Shown here: positions 55,888-64,000 of the stretch, one piece after another | Position numbering within the stretch: position 1 is the first letter of the stretch | How the letters are laid out: every line of letters begins with the position of its first letter | Assembly (NCBI GenBank): GCA_016290135.1 | Contig: JAEESW010000001.1 | Coordinates: 55,565-119,564 of the forward strand | Length of the DNA stretch: 64,000 bases | Reading direction: 5' to 3' | DNA from: a bacterium | Lineage (GTDB): Bacteria > UBP6 > UBA1177 | Translations under genes and position numbers: made by a program | Notes under the pieces: model-generated | What the model was told of the DNA's origin: nothing | The model's database searches: none | What the model saw: only the letters and a program-made list of their open reading frames with translations

Positions 55888-57195
55888 GTGAGAAAATTTT
55901 TTATTCATACTTTCGGCTGTCAGATGAATGTCTACGACAGTGAACGCGTTGCCGTCATGCTTGCTGAAAGCGGCTGGGAATATACCGAAGACGCGGAAGA
56001 GGCCGAACTTATCATTATAAACAGCTGCAGTGTCCGTGAAAAACCGCTTCTTAAGCTTTACAGCTGCGCGGGGCGTTATCTGCCGCTTAAAAAATCGAAA
56101 GGAACGAGGATCTTTATCATGGGCTGCGTCGCTCAGCAGCTGGGCGGAGAAATAATCGAGAAGATCCCGTACATCGACGGAGTTTTCGGTCCCGGTGCCG
56201 AGGATATGATCCCGGATGTCGCGAACAAAGGTGTTTTTCCGTTCGTCTCGAACAAAGCTGATTCACTTGAGCGCGAGGAGATCTTTCCGGCAAGGTCGAA
56301 AGGGAGTTTTTTCAGTCCCTATTCTTCGTATGTCACAGTCATGCACGGCTGCAACAACTTCTGCAGCTACTGCATCGTCCCCTTTGTCAGAGGCCGCGAG
56401 ATCAGCAGAAAAAGCTCCGTGATCCTTGACGAGATCCAAAAACTTGTCGATTCAGGGATACAGGAGGTCACTCTTCTGGGGCAAAATGTGAACAGTTACA
56501 AAGATCCGGAAACAGGTGAAACTTTTGCCGCTCTTCTGCACGAAATTTCCGAAAAAACTGCTTTGAAAAGACTCCGGTTCATAACGAGTCATCCGAAAGA
56601 TTTCGGCGAGGAACTGGCGAAAGCGTTCGGAGAAATTCCAAATCTTATGCCGTATCTGCATCTTCCGGCTCAGTCGGGCAACAACCGCATTTTAAAGCTG
56701 ATGAACAGAAGATATACTGTCGAAAGCTATATCGAAAAGATGGAACTTGCCCGTAAATACTGTCCCGATATCGCTTTAAGCAGCGATTTCATCGTCGGTT
56801 TCCCCGGTGAGACGAGGGAAGAATTTGAAGATACAATGAAACTTGTCGATCTTGTCGGCTACGATTCGATATTTGCTTTCAACTATTCGCCGAGGCCTTT
56901 TACCAAAGCTGAAAAAATGGCGGATGACGTTCCTGAAGAGGAAAAATTCGCCCGTCTCAACGAACTTTTGGATCTCGAAAAGAAGAGATTAAAAGATGTC
57001 CGCGGCAGGTATCTTGGCAGAACTGTCAATGTTTTAGTCGAATCGGCAAGCCCGAAAGGCGACACTTTCATGGGGCGCAGCGAGCACAATCTGATCGTTC
57101 ACATAGCCGGATCGACCGCGGCGGATAAAGGGAAGATCATCCCTGTCAAAGTTGTCGAGATCCTTGAAAACACGATGCGCGGCGAGAAAATTTGA
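55888..57195 (+). CDS. miaB: tRNA-i6A37 methylthiotransferase MiaB (radical SAM)
   Basis: 'FGCQMNVYDSE', radical-SAM 'CNNFCSYCIVP' and a TRAM-like C-terminus. Start taken at GTG 55888 after GGAGGA, but it is uncertain. Confidence 0.85.
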   Translation: MRKFFIHTFGCQMNVYDSERVAVMLAESGWEYTEDAEEAELIIINSCSVREKPLLKLYSCAGRYLPLKKSKGTRIFIMGCVAQQLGGEIIEKIPYIDGVFGPGAEDMIPDVANKGVFPFVSNKADSLEREEIFPARSKGSFFSPYSSYVTVMHGCNNFCSYCIVPFVRGREISRKSSVILDEIQKLVDSGIQEVTLLGQNVNSYKDPETGETFAALLHEISEKTALKRLRFITSHPKDFGEELAKAFGEIPNLMPYLHLPAQSGNNRILKLMNRRYTVESYIEKMELARKYCPDIALSSDFIVGFPGETREEFEDTMKLVDLVGYDSIFAFNYSPRPFTKAEKMADDVPEEEKFARLNELLDLEKKRLKDVRGRYLGRTVNVLVESASPKGDTFMGRSEHNLIVHIAGSTAADKGKIIPVKVVEILENTMRGEKI

Positions 57196-58187
57196 TGAAA
57201 AACTCAGGAATTGCAGTAGTCTGTTCGATCGAAAACGACGGTTCTTTCAAAAATGTCACTTTCGAGCTTTTGGGTGCGGCACGCAGTCTTGCCGAAAAGA
57301 CCGGTGAAAAAGTAATTGCGCTGCTCTGCGCCGATGCAGACTGTGATGTTCAGGCTTTGAATGATTTCGGAGCCGATAAAGTTTTCGTTCTTTCCCACAG
57401 AAAAGCCGGAGTCTTTGAACTCGAATCGGACGTGTTTGCGATTTCTTCAATAATTTCAGAAATTTTACCTTCAACAGTCCTCTTTCCGGCAACAGATTAC
57501 GGCAGGGTCCTCGCTCCGGAAGTGGCAGCGCGTCTTCACTGCGGGATAACCGCCGACTGCACCGATTTCAATATCGATGAAAACGGCCGCCTCGTCCAGA
57601 TCAGACCTGCTTTGGGCGGCAACATAACGGCGCATATAATATCGCCTTCGACTTTGCCTCAGATGGCGACTGCACGCCCTTCCGTATTCAAAAAAAGAGA
57701 ATTTAAAGTTGAAGACTTTGAGAAAAATATTGTCAGAAATGATTTTTCCTCTCTCGCTGAAAGAGTCCTGAAACTCAAGGAAAATTCAATAATTACATCC
57801 GGCAACGCAAAAATAGAGGATGCTGCCCTGATTGTTTCTGTAGGCAGCGGCGTCTCTTCGCCCGGGCTTGTCAGGCGTTTCGGCGATTTCGCAGCATCTA
57901 TCGGCGGAATGCTTGCATGTTCCAGAAAGATCGTCGAGAAAGGCTGGCTTGAACAGCCGCGTCAGGTCGGTCAGTCAGGAAAGACCATAACTCCGGAGAT
58001 TTATTTCGCGATCGGCATTTCAGGTGCCGTTCAGCATCTCGCCGGCATGAAATCGAGCGGTTTCATTGTGGCTGTCAATACGGATAAGTCTGCAGAAATA
58101 TTCAACTATTCAGATGTCGGCTTTGTGATGGACGCTGAAGAGTGGCTGAATACGGCTGAGAAATTCTTCAAGATCCGACCGGAATGA
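57195..58187 (+). CDS. Electron-transfer flavoprotein alpha-subunit-like protein (EtfA/FixB family)
   Basis: 'PEIYFAIGISGAVQHLAGM' and 'IVAVNTDKSAEIF' form the FAD-binding C-terminal domain. ATG 57195 shares 1 nt with the miaB TGA (TGATG). No etfB is seen in the window. Confidence 0.75.
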   Translation: MKNSGIAVVCSIENDGSFKNVTFELLGAARSLAEKTGEKVIALLCADADCDVQALNDFGADKVFVLSHRKAGVFELESDVFAISSIISEILPSTVLFPATDYGRVLAPEVAARLHCGITADCTDFNIDENGRLVQIRPALGGNITAHIISPSTLPQMATARPSVFKKREFKVEDFEKNIVRNDFSSLAERVLKLKENSIITSGNAKIEDAALIVSVGSGVSSPGLVRRFGDFAASIGGMLACSRKIVEKGWLEQPRQVGQSGKTITPEIYFAIGISGAVQHLAGMKSSGFIVAVNTDKSAEIFNYSDVGFVMDAEEWLNTAEKFFKIRPE

Positions 58188-58686
58188 TCTTCGGTTCCGG
58201 AAGCGTTACTCCCAGGATCTTTTCAAGGCTGTAGCTGTTCTGCCGCAGAATGAATTCGTATTCCTTGTTTTTTTCATCAGAAATCTGTGCAAGCGGCAGG
58301 TATTGTTTAAGATCTTCTTCTTTGAGCTTCATCAGCGCGGGGCAGTGTTTCATTAAATATTTCCGCCATTCATCATCGGTGAAAAATTCGCTCACGAATG
58401 GAGTGTTTCTGCACTGGAACGGCTTGAAATCGTGAATAGAACACTTTTTAGATTTCAGGAAAATGCAGGCGTCGTTCTCTTTTTTTATAACGATATAAGG
58501 TAGATATGAGTAAGATGAGCCTTCTTCGCAGTATTCCAGAATGATGAAATCGGTGTATTTGTCGATAAATTCCTGAAGCGTCATTTTGAAATTTTCCGCC
58601 AGACTTCTGACATCTTCCGGATAGAGAAAGACCGATCCGTCGCCCGAGCAGCAGCCTCCGCATGCAGTGCATTTAAAAAAGTTCAT
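58168..58686 (-). CDS. YkgJ-family Cys-cluster protein (CxxCxxCC, UPF0153)
   Basis: 'FKCTACGGCCSGDG' at the N-terminus and a second Cys group 'CSIHDFKPFQC'. Confidence 0.75.
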   Translation of the reverse strand: MNFFKCTACGGCCSGDGSVFLYPEDVRSLAENFKMTLQEFIDKYTDFIILEYCEEGSSYSYLPYIVIKKENDACIFLKSKKCSIHDFKPFQCRNTPFVSEFFTDDEWRKYLMKHCPALMKLKEEDLKQYLPLAQISDEKNKEYEFILRQNSYSLEKILGVTLPEPKIIPVGS

Positions 58687-58696
58687 TCTTTTTCTC

Positions 58697-60574
58697 CTAT
58701 TCTACGCGGGTAAAGTAAGACGCCGCGCGCAGTGTGTTCGAAAGTTTGACCGATTTCGAGCGGTTGGAAGCACGGACGCCGCCCTGGATCTTAGCTTTCG
58801 CCTTTGTGCTTCCCCAGTTCGGAAAATCGTCGCTTCTAATAATGAGTTTTCTGATAAAATCGCCTGAAAGCAATTCCGTTTCTTCGATGCTGATCAGTTC
58901 ATTTATAAGCGCTTTTGTCAAGCCGTCCGCAAGGAGCAGTGAAAGTGAAGTGTCTGGGAGATTTTTGCTTTTGTCGGTCGTAAAAGTTCCTTTTTCATAC
59001 CAGAAATCACGCGAGTCAAATCTCATCTCTTTTAAAAAACCGGTCTGCGAGGCAAAAAAATCTTCCATCGCTTTGTATGAAGCGCTCTCTTTTTCAGGAT
59101 CAAAATCGGCAAGATAGCCGATAAAACGCATCTTGTTTTCGGTATTTGCACCTTCAAAAAGGGAGATCGCCTTCTTCAGCAGGCTGACGATCTTTTCATC
59201 CTTGTTTTTATCTTTTGAAAGTAGCGAAAACGCCTCGATGAAAATGCCGGAATATATGAAGTTTGCAGTTATCGCCTTTTCGGTGTGGTCGAAATCGAAG
59301 AACTGAAACTGGTAGCCCATATCTTTTTTCTGCCTGACCATCAAAGCTTCTAATTTTGCCCTTGCAGCATCGTCTTTTTCCTCTTTGTCAAGGACGTATT
59401 TCAAAGTTTTTTCAGCCGCTTCGGTGAGAGCCAGATCTTCAAGCCTTTCAGCCATTCTGAAAAGGACTTCAGCAGCGTAAGCCTGCATGAGAAGTGACTC
59501 TTTCGCATTTTTTTCCTTTGCGTCCGTTGTTTCGAGCTCGGTCGGGAATGAGCCGTCTTCGCGCTGGATGTTTTTAAGATGTTTTGCGATGAGGCGAAGG
59601 TCGAAATTCGGCGAATAGTCTGCTTTTGCCAGTGCCGAGCCGTCAAGCCACGGAACAGTGTTGCCGTATTTAGAAAACATACCCCCGTTGTTTTCTGAAA
59701 ACTGCGTCGTTCTGTAAAAATAGACCGAAGCGACATCTTTTTTGTATTCATCCTTGTCAAGCCCGTACTGCGAGCCTTTTCTGTCGAGGACTGACAGCGG
59801 ATTTGTCGAATATTCCCAGGGAAGGAGCCTTATCTTTGCGCCGCGCGACTTCAGATAAAGCCCGTCAACGCCGCTTTTGGGCAGCGTGATCAGATACTTT
59901 TCGCTTTTGTCTTCAAGATATGCGTAATTAGAATGAAAGTAGAGAATAAGGCGGAGTTTTGACAGGTCGAGTTTTTTGATCTTCGCTATCTCGTTAAAAA
60001 GTTTTTTCAGATTTTTTGCAGTAGATAAGACAAGTTCGTCTTCGTAAGTCACCGACATCATCAGATTTCCATTAATATCCCAGGCTGTTGCCGTAACAGT
60101 GCGCTTTTTGTCGGGGACACTGTCCGGGCACTTTTCGTTGCGGAGACATTTGATGATGAAATCGGCTTCTTCTTCCATAAAATCAGCGTCCTTTTTCGGC
60201 AGAAATTTTTTAAAGATGCTTGAATAGGCTTCTTTTTCAGTTCTTTTCAGTAAAATTCCGCTGTTGCCTGCAAAAAGATAGTCAAAATCCTCAAGTTTTT
60301 TGAATTTGAAAAGGGAATCAGCGAACTCGGTTTTTCCGCGCAGAGAACTTGGAACGAAAACGCACTCGCTCCCTGAATGTTTCATATTGTGACTATATTC
60401 AGCTGCAGGCGCTTCCTCAAGCTCTGCAACAGAGGCGCAGTGTTCTTGTTTGATGCGCTCGAGAACATCTTTCGGCTTTGCAAGCTCTTTAACTACGACG
60501 ACAACTGTGAAAATGATCGTCGCGGCAAGCACTGAAGCCGAAACGAAACGCAGAACTTTTTCGATAGTTGGCAT
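58697..60574 (-). CDS. Hypothetical membrane-anchored protein (625 aa)
   Basis: One N-terminal TM helix 'VSASVLAATIIFTVVVVV'. The C-terminal half is helical with 'IQREDGSFP', reminiscent of alpha/alpha-toroid repeats. No family assigned. Confidence 0.5.
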   Translation of the reverse strand: MPTIEKVLRFVSASVLAATIIFTVVVVVKELAKPKDVLERIKQEHCASVAELEEAPAAEYSHNMKHSGSECVFVPSSLRGKTEFADSLFKFKKLEDFDYLFAGNSGILLKRTEKEAYSSIFKKFLPKKDADFMEEEADFIIKCLRNEKCPDSVPDKKRTVTATAWDINGNLMMSVTYEDELVLSTAKNLKKLFNEIAKIKKLDLSKLRLILYFHSNYAYLEDKSEKYLITLPKSGVDGLYLKSRGAKIRLLPWEYSTNPLSVLDRKGSQYGLDKDEYKKDVASVYFYRTTQFSENNGGMFSKYGNTVPWLDGSALAKADYSPNFDLRLIAKHLKNIQREDGSFPTELETTDAKEKNAKESLLMQAYAAEVLFRMAERLEDLALTEAAEKTLKYVLDKEEKDDAARAKLEALMVRQKKDMGYQFQFFDFDHTEKAITANFIYSGIFIEAFSLLSKDKNKDEKIVSLLKKAISLFEGANTENKMRFIGYLADFDPEKESASYKAMEDFFASQTGFLKEMRFDSRDFWYEKGTFTTDKSKNLPDTSLSLLLADGLTKALINELISIEETELLSGDFIRKLIIRSDDFPNWGSTKAKAKIQGGVRASNRSKSVKLSNTLRAASYFTRVE

Positions 60575-61603
60575 TTAGTAGTATATCCTTCCTTTTTTGC
60601 CGTAGATGACCCTTGTTCCGTCGGCGCCGGGAAGGTATACGGCGTTTGTCAGTTCATGGTCTGCAGTGAGGACCGCGCCGTTGCCTGCTATGAGGTTGGG
60701 ACCGAGAACGATCTCGCTGCTCTTTTCGATCTCGCAGTTGTTGCTTATCACGATCGGCGGTTCCTGCTTGATCGGCGGGAAGTTCAGCTTTTTGCCGAGT
60801 GCGACGAAAAAATCTTCATTCTTTCCTTTCAAGTGCTCGTACTTCGTGTGATAGTAGTCGCCGAAGATGTCGGTGTCGTCGAAAAATTTAAGAGGCAGAG
60901 TGCGGAGAAGCTCAAACGAACAGTCGAGGTATCCGTCAGGTGTCCCCATATCCCACCAGTTTCCTTTGATGTAAAATGCGTTGAGGTTCCTGCCTGATCT
61001 GATCGCACGCTTGTAGACATAGCTCGTGATCGAAACGAAACATCCTTTCGGGATGAATTCGAGGAGCTGCGGATTTATTACGTGGATCCCGGTGAAAAGG
61101 GCGTTCCCTTCCGGTATCGTGTCGTAGATCGATTCATTGAGCATCCTGACGATCTTGTTCCCGTCGACTCTGATAACAGCGCGGGGATCTTTCTGGGAAG
61201 CCGGAAGTATGCCCAAAGTCGCAAGAGAATCCGAGTGGTTGTGGCTTTCGATCATTTTGTCAAGGTCGAAGTTGAAGATAGTGTCGGAATTCACGACCAC
61301 GAACGGTTCCTTTTTGACAAAAGGCTCCATCGAAGCGATCGCGCCGCCTGTGCCAAGGATCTCCTGCTCGGGAAGATATTCGATGCTTACGCCGTATTTG
61401 CTTCCGTTGCCGAGTGCTTTCGCTATTTTTTCGCCGTGAGAATGAAGGTTGATGTAGATCTCTTTTATCCCGTAGTGCTTCAGAAAATAGATGTTGTATT
61501 CGATGGTCGGGCGGTTCAGCACAGGGATCAGCGGCTTCGGGATGTTGTCTGTGATCGGAGCCATCCTGGTCCCGAAACCTGCGGCTAAAATAAGCGCTTT
61601 CAC
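60575..61603 (-). CDS. Sugar-1-phosphate nucleotidyltransferase with a C-terminal left-handed beta-helix (MurU/GlmU-like)
   Basis: 'ALILAAGFGTRMAPITDNIPKPLIPV' (GxGTRxxP...K). The C-terminal hexapeptide-like region is 'VISNNCEIEKSSEIVLGPNLIAGNGAVL'. Overlaps the upstream kinase gene by 4 nt. Confidence 0.75.
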   Translation of the reverse strand: MKALILAAGFGTRMAPITDNIPKPLIPVLNRPTIEYNIYFLKHYGIKEIYINLHSHGEKIAKALGNGSKYGVSIEYLPEQEILGTGGAIASMEPFVKKEPFVVVNSDTIFNFDLDKMIESHNHSDSLATLGILPASQKDPRAVIRVDGNKIVRMLNESIYDTIPEGNALFTGIHVINPQLLEFIPKGCFVSITSYVYKRAIRSGRNLNAFYIKGNWWDMGTPDGYLDCSFELLRTLPLKFFDDTDIFGDYYHTKYEHLKGKNEDFFVALGKKLNFPPIKQEPPIVISNNCEIEKSSEIVLGPNLIAGNGAVLTADHELTNAVYLPGADGTRVIYGKKGRIYY

Positions 61604-62646
61604 TTTGATCTCCCACTGTCCAATTCAGGAATGTAAGGCGCGAGAAGTTCCGTGATACTGTCAAGCCCGAGTTTCTGAAGGGTATCTCTGACATAGCCGA
61701 GAGTCGGAAGAATGTAGGGTACGAACCACTCTTTGCCTTTGACCTGGTTGAGGTATACGAATCTTCCGGCATCCTTCATTTTGCGCTGAAGTGCCTGAAG
61801 GTAGAAAGCGTGTTCGAATGTTTCAGAGTCGTTGAAAAATTCGTGCATCACGCTGTTCGTGTTCCAAAAGTATGAAAGAAGCGATGAAAGCTCGTCTTCC
61901 GAAAGTGTGACGTAGGAGTCGCGGAGCAGAGAGACCAGATCGTAGATGACAGGCGCCATCAGCGCGTCCTGGAAATCGATGAGGTAGTGCGCGCCGTCCC
62001 TGACCATGATGTTCTTCGACTGAAAATCCCTGTGTGAGAAGAAGTAGGGCAGGTTCGCCAGTTCACGCGATATCTTCTGGAAGTGCTTTTCGAGTTTGGG
62101 CCAAAGATTTTTGTATGGCAGCGCGTAGATCCTCTTTGCGATCATGTATTCGTAAAAATGGTAGAACTCGTCCATGAAAAGTTTTGTCGAGAACTTTCTT
62201 TTGTCTGCCGGAGTGTCGAATCTTGTGCGGTCGTATATTTTTTTCTGCGTGTCGGTGAGCAGATCAAGCGCGTCTTTGATGTATTTGAACTTGTTCTTTC
62301 TGTCGTTTTCGATGAGTTTGAAAAGCGTCGTGTCGCCAAGATCTTCAAGAAGCATAGCCTTCTGTTCCGGGATAACGGCGAGGATCCCTGGGACTTTCAC
62401 GCCGATGCCGTTCAGAAAATCGTGGATCGCCATGAAGTCGGTGAATGAGTCTCCGCGTCCGAATTCTCCGGGTTTGATGTCGGCGACTTTCATCAGCAGG
62501 ACAGTCGTGTTTTCAAAACTGATCCTGACATAGGACCTGCCGGAAGCGTCTCCGAAAAGCGGTTCTGTGAAGAAATCAAGGACTTTTCTTCCTTTGTAGA
62601 TGTTTAAAAGCTGGTAAGCCAGAAAATCGGTCTCGTAATTCATCAT
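61600..62646 (-). CDS. Aminoglycoside-phosphotransferase-fold sugar kinase (AmgK-like)
   Basis: 'FSHRDFQSKNIMV' and 'LIDFQDA' (Brenner and DFG-like motifs of APH/choline-kinase-fold kinases). Confidence 0.7.
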   Translation of the reverse strand: MMNYETDFLAYQLLNIYKGRKVLDFFTEPLFGDASGRSYVRISFENTTVLLMKVADIKPGEFGRGDSFTDFMAIHDFLNGIGVKVPGILAVIPEQKAMLLEDLGDTTLFKLIENDRKNKFKYIKDALDLLTDTQKKIYDRTRFDTPADKRKFSTKLFMDEFYHFYEYMIAKRIYALPYKNLWPKLEKHFQKISRELANLPYFFSHRDFQSKNIMVRDGAHYLIDFQDALMAPVIYDLVSLLRDSYVTLSEDELSSLLSYFWNTNSVMHEFFNDSETFEHAFYLQALQRKMKDAGRFVYLNQVKGKEWFVPYILPTLGYVRDTLQKLGLDSITELLAPYIPELDSGRSK

Positions 62647-63254
62647 TTTGTCTCCAATTGGTCATAAAATTCATAAATTACCGAGAAAAAATAAGGGGTC
62701 AGCAGCGCGCCGGCAATAAAACCGAGCGGAAGCAGGAGCTGCGCCAGAAGAAGGGCAAGCGCCGCCGCAGCGTAGAAAATGAATGAAAACAGAAAAAGCG
62801 GGAATCTGTAGCCGTTGCCTTCGCGCAGACTGTCCATCATTGCATCAATGGCGAATTTCTGTTTGCGTGCCGTTATGAAAAAAGTGAACATGAAAAGGCT
62901 GAAAAGGGCTATCGACGGGATCACTCCGGCGACCGCGCCGATGAGAAGGAGCGGGAAGAGGAGGATCGAGATCAGAAATCCGTTCTTTATGTAGTTCAGC
63001 ACTATGCCGGGAGAGGCAATAGAGTCGTTTTTCAACCCTTTCGAAGCGCATACTACGGAATTCGCGAGCATGATCATGAGAAGCCCCTCAAAAACAAGAG
63101 TCAGAATGACACCGGCGGTGATGCTGTAATGGAAAAAAGCCGGAGGAACGGAGATCGCCGCGCCCCAGCCGATGAGTTTCGTGAAATTTGACTTGTACTG
63201 GATCCATCCCTGTTCAAAAGCTCCGACAAAATCGAGTCTTTCCGTTTTGTGCAT
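62643..63254 (-). CDS. Hypothetical polytopic membrane protein
   Basis: About 5 TM helices. Start taken at ATG 63254 after GGAGGA. Overlaps the kinase gene by 4 nt. Confidence 0.5.
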   Translation of the reverse strand: MHKTERLDFVGAFEQGWIQYKSNFTKLIGWGAAISVPPAFFHYSITAGVILTLVFEGLLMIMLANSVVCASKGLKNDSIASPGIVLNYIKNGFLISILLFPLLLIGAVAGVIPSIALFSLFMFTFFITARKQKFAIDAMMDSLREGNGYRFPLFLFSFIFYAAAALALLLAQLLLPLGFIAGALLTPYFFSVIYEFYDQLETK

Positions 63255-63361
63255 CTTTTCCTCCGTAAAAATGCCGCGCAGAAGCAACAACCAAAGCGGG
63301 ATAGTCTAATGTTTTTTTTCAATAAATAAAGTTTAGCCTGAAAGAGGATTGAGAGTTTTTT

Positions 63362-63994
63362 TCAGATCCGTTTCAAAAACGGGTTCAGTCTTTTTTCCTC
63401 GAAGATCGTTGTGTCGTCATCGTGTCCAGGATAAACGACAGTGCGTTCAGGAAGGGTCATCAGCTTGTTTTTTATACTTTCTATGATCTTTATGCCGCTT
63501 CCGCCGGGAAAATCAGTGCGCCCGATACTGCTCCTGAAAAGCGTGTCGCCCGAAAAAAGCACAGGATCACTGTAATTTTCCATGTAAAAGCAGGTGCTAC
63601 CCGGTGTGTGTCCGGGAGTGTGGAGAACGTCGATCTTTGTTCCGGCAAAGGCGAGAGCTGTGCCGTCTTCGAGTTTGAGACAGTTCTTTCCGCTGAAAAC
63701 AAAAGGGTCGCCGAACTCTTCCGAAAAATTGAGCTCCGGCGAATAAAGCCACTCCTCTTCGAAAGTGCTGACTGCTGTCACGGCATCCGGGAACGCCTCT
63801 GCGATGTCGTTCAATCCGCCGATGTGGTCAAAATGAGTGTGCGTGAGAAGAATGTAGCGCACATTGAGATTTTTTGCCGCTTCTATGATCCTTCCGGCAT
63901 CTCCTCCCGGGTCGATGATGAAAGCTTCGGTCCCTTCCGAAACGATGTAGCAGTTAGCTCCGATGGGAGAAACAGGCATTTTTGTGATCCGCAT
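63362..63994 (-). CDS. MBL-fold metallo-hydrolase (glyoxalase II-like)
   Basis: 'LLTHTHFDHIGG', 'HTPGHTPGS' and 'SGDTLF'. The N-terminus lies at the window edge, so the start is uncertain. Confidence 0.8.
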   Translation of the reverse strand: MRITKMPVSPIGANCYIVSEGTEAFIIDPGGDAGRIIEAAKNLNVRYILLTHTHFDHIGGLNDIAEAFPDAVTAVSTFEEEWLYSPELNFSEEFGDPFVFSGKNCLKLEDGTALAFAGTKIDVLHTPGHTPGSTCFYMENYSDPVLFSGDTLFRSSIGRTDFPGGSGIKIIESIKNKLMTLPERTVVYPGHDDDTTIFEEKRLNPFLKRI

Positions 63995-64000
63995 TTCCAC

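Overview
This 64-kb window looks like bacterial chromosome. I recognised no rRNA, tRNA, CRISPR array, transposase or integrase. All family calls come from motifs read in the supplied translations; no database search was run.

(1) Positions 465-14034 are a Wzx/Wzy-type surface-polysaccharide locus. It encodes an initiating sugar-phosphate transferase, an epimerase, a TagF-like polyol-phosphate transferase and an SDR-cytidylyltransferase fusion. It also encodes four GT-B glycosyltransferases, Wzy, two pyruvyl transferases (one fused to an FrhB-like Fe-S domain) and Wzx.

(2) Positions 14095-21417 are a low-GC defence island of about 7.4 kb. It sits between wzx and the locus's two nucleotide-sugar dehydrogenase genes (21621-24258). 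Its contents are:
- a GmrSD-type DUF262/DUF1524 nuclease;
- a HEPN gene broken at a T8 run;
- a 3-gene CBASS-like operon (2TM protein, CD-NTase, minimal E2-like protein);
- a HEPN gene interrupted by one in-frame TAG;
- an intact MNT/HEPN toxin-antitoxin pair.
Short direct repeats mark the 3' ends of the first cassettes.

(3) Positions 24385-41958 and 52150-64000 are housekeeping genes. They include guaB, a POT transporter, lysine 6-transaminase, cysD, nupC, a ROK kinase, yajC-secD-secF-recJ, a GH13 amylase, udk, purM, rpoZ, miaB, an EtfA-like protein and an AmgK/MurU-like pair.

(4) Positions 42103-52020 encode a single 3305-aa repeat-rich lipoprotein. It has an acidic tract and 11 copies of a 9-aa repeat. 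It also has 12 Cys-rich modules of about 65 aa and 6 DUF1566/Lcl-like domains.

The best candidate for something new is the defence island, especially the CBASS-like operon with its unassigned 2TM protein.
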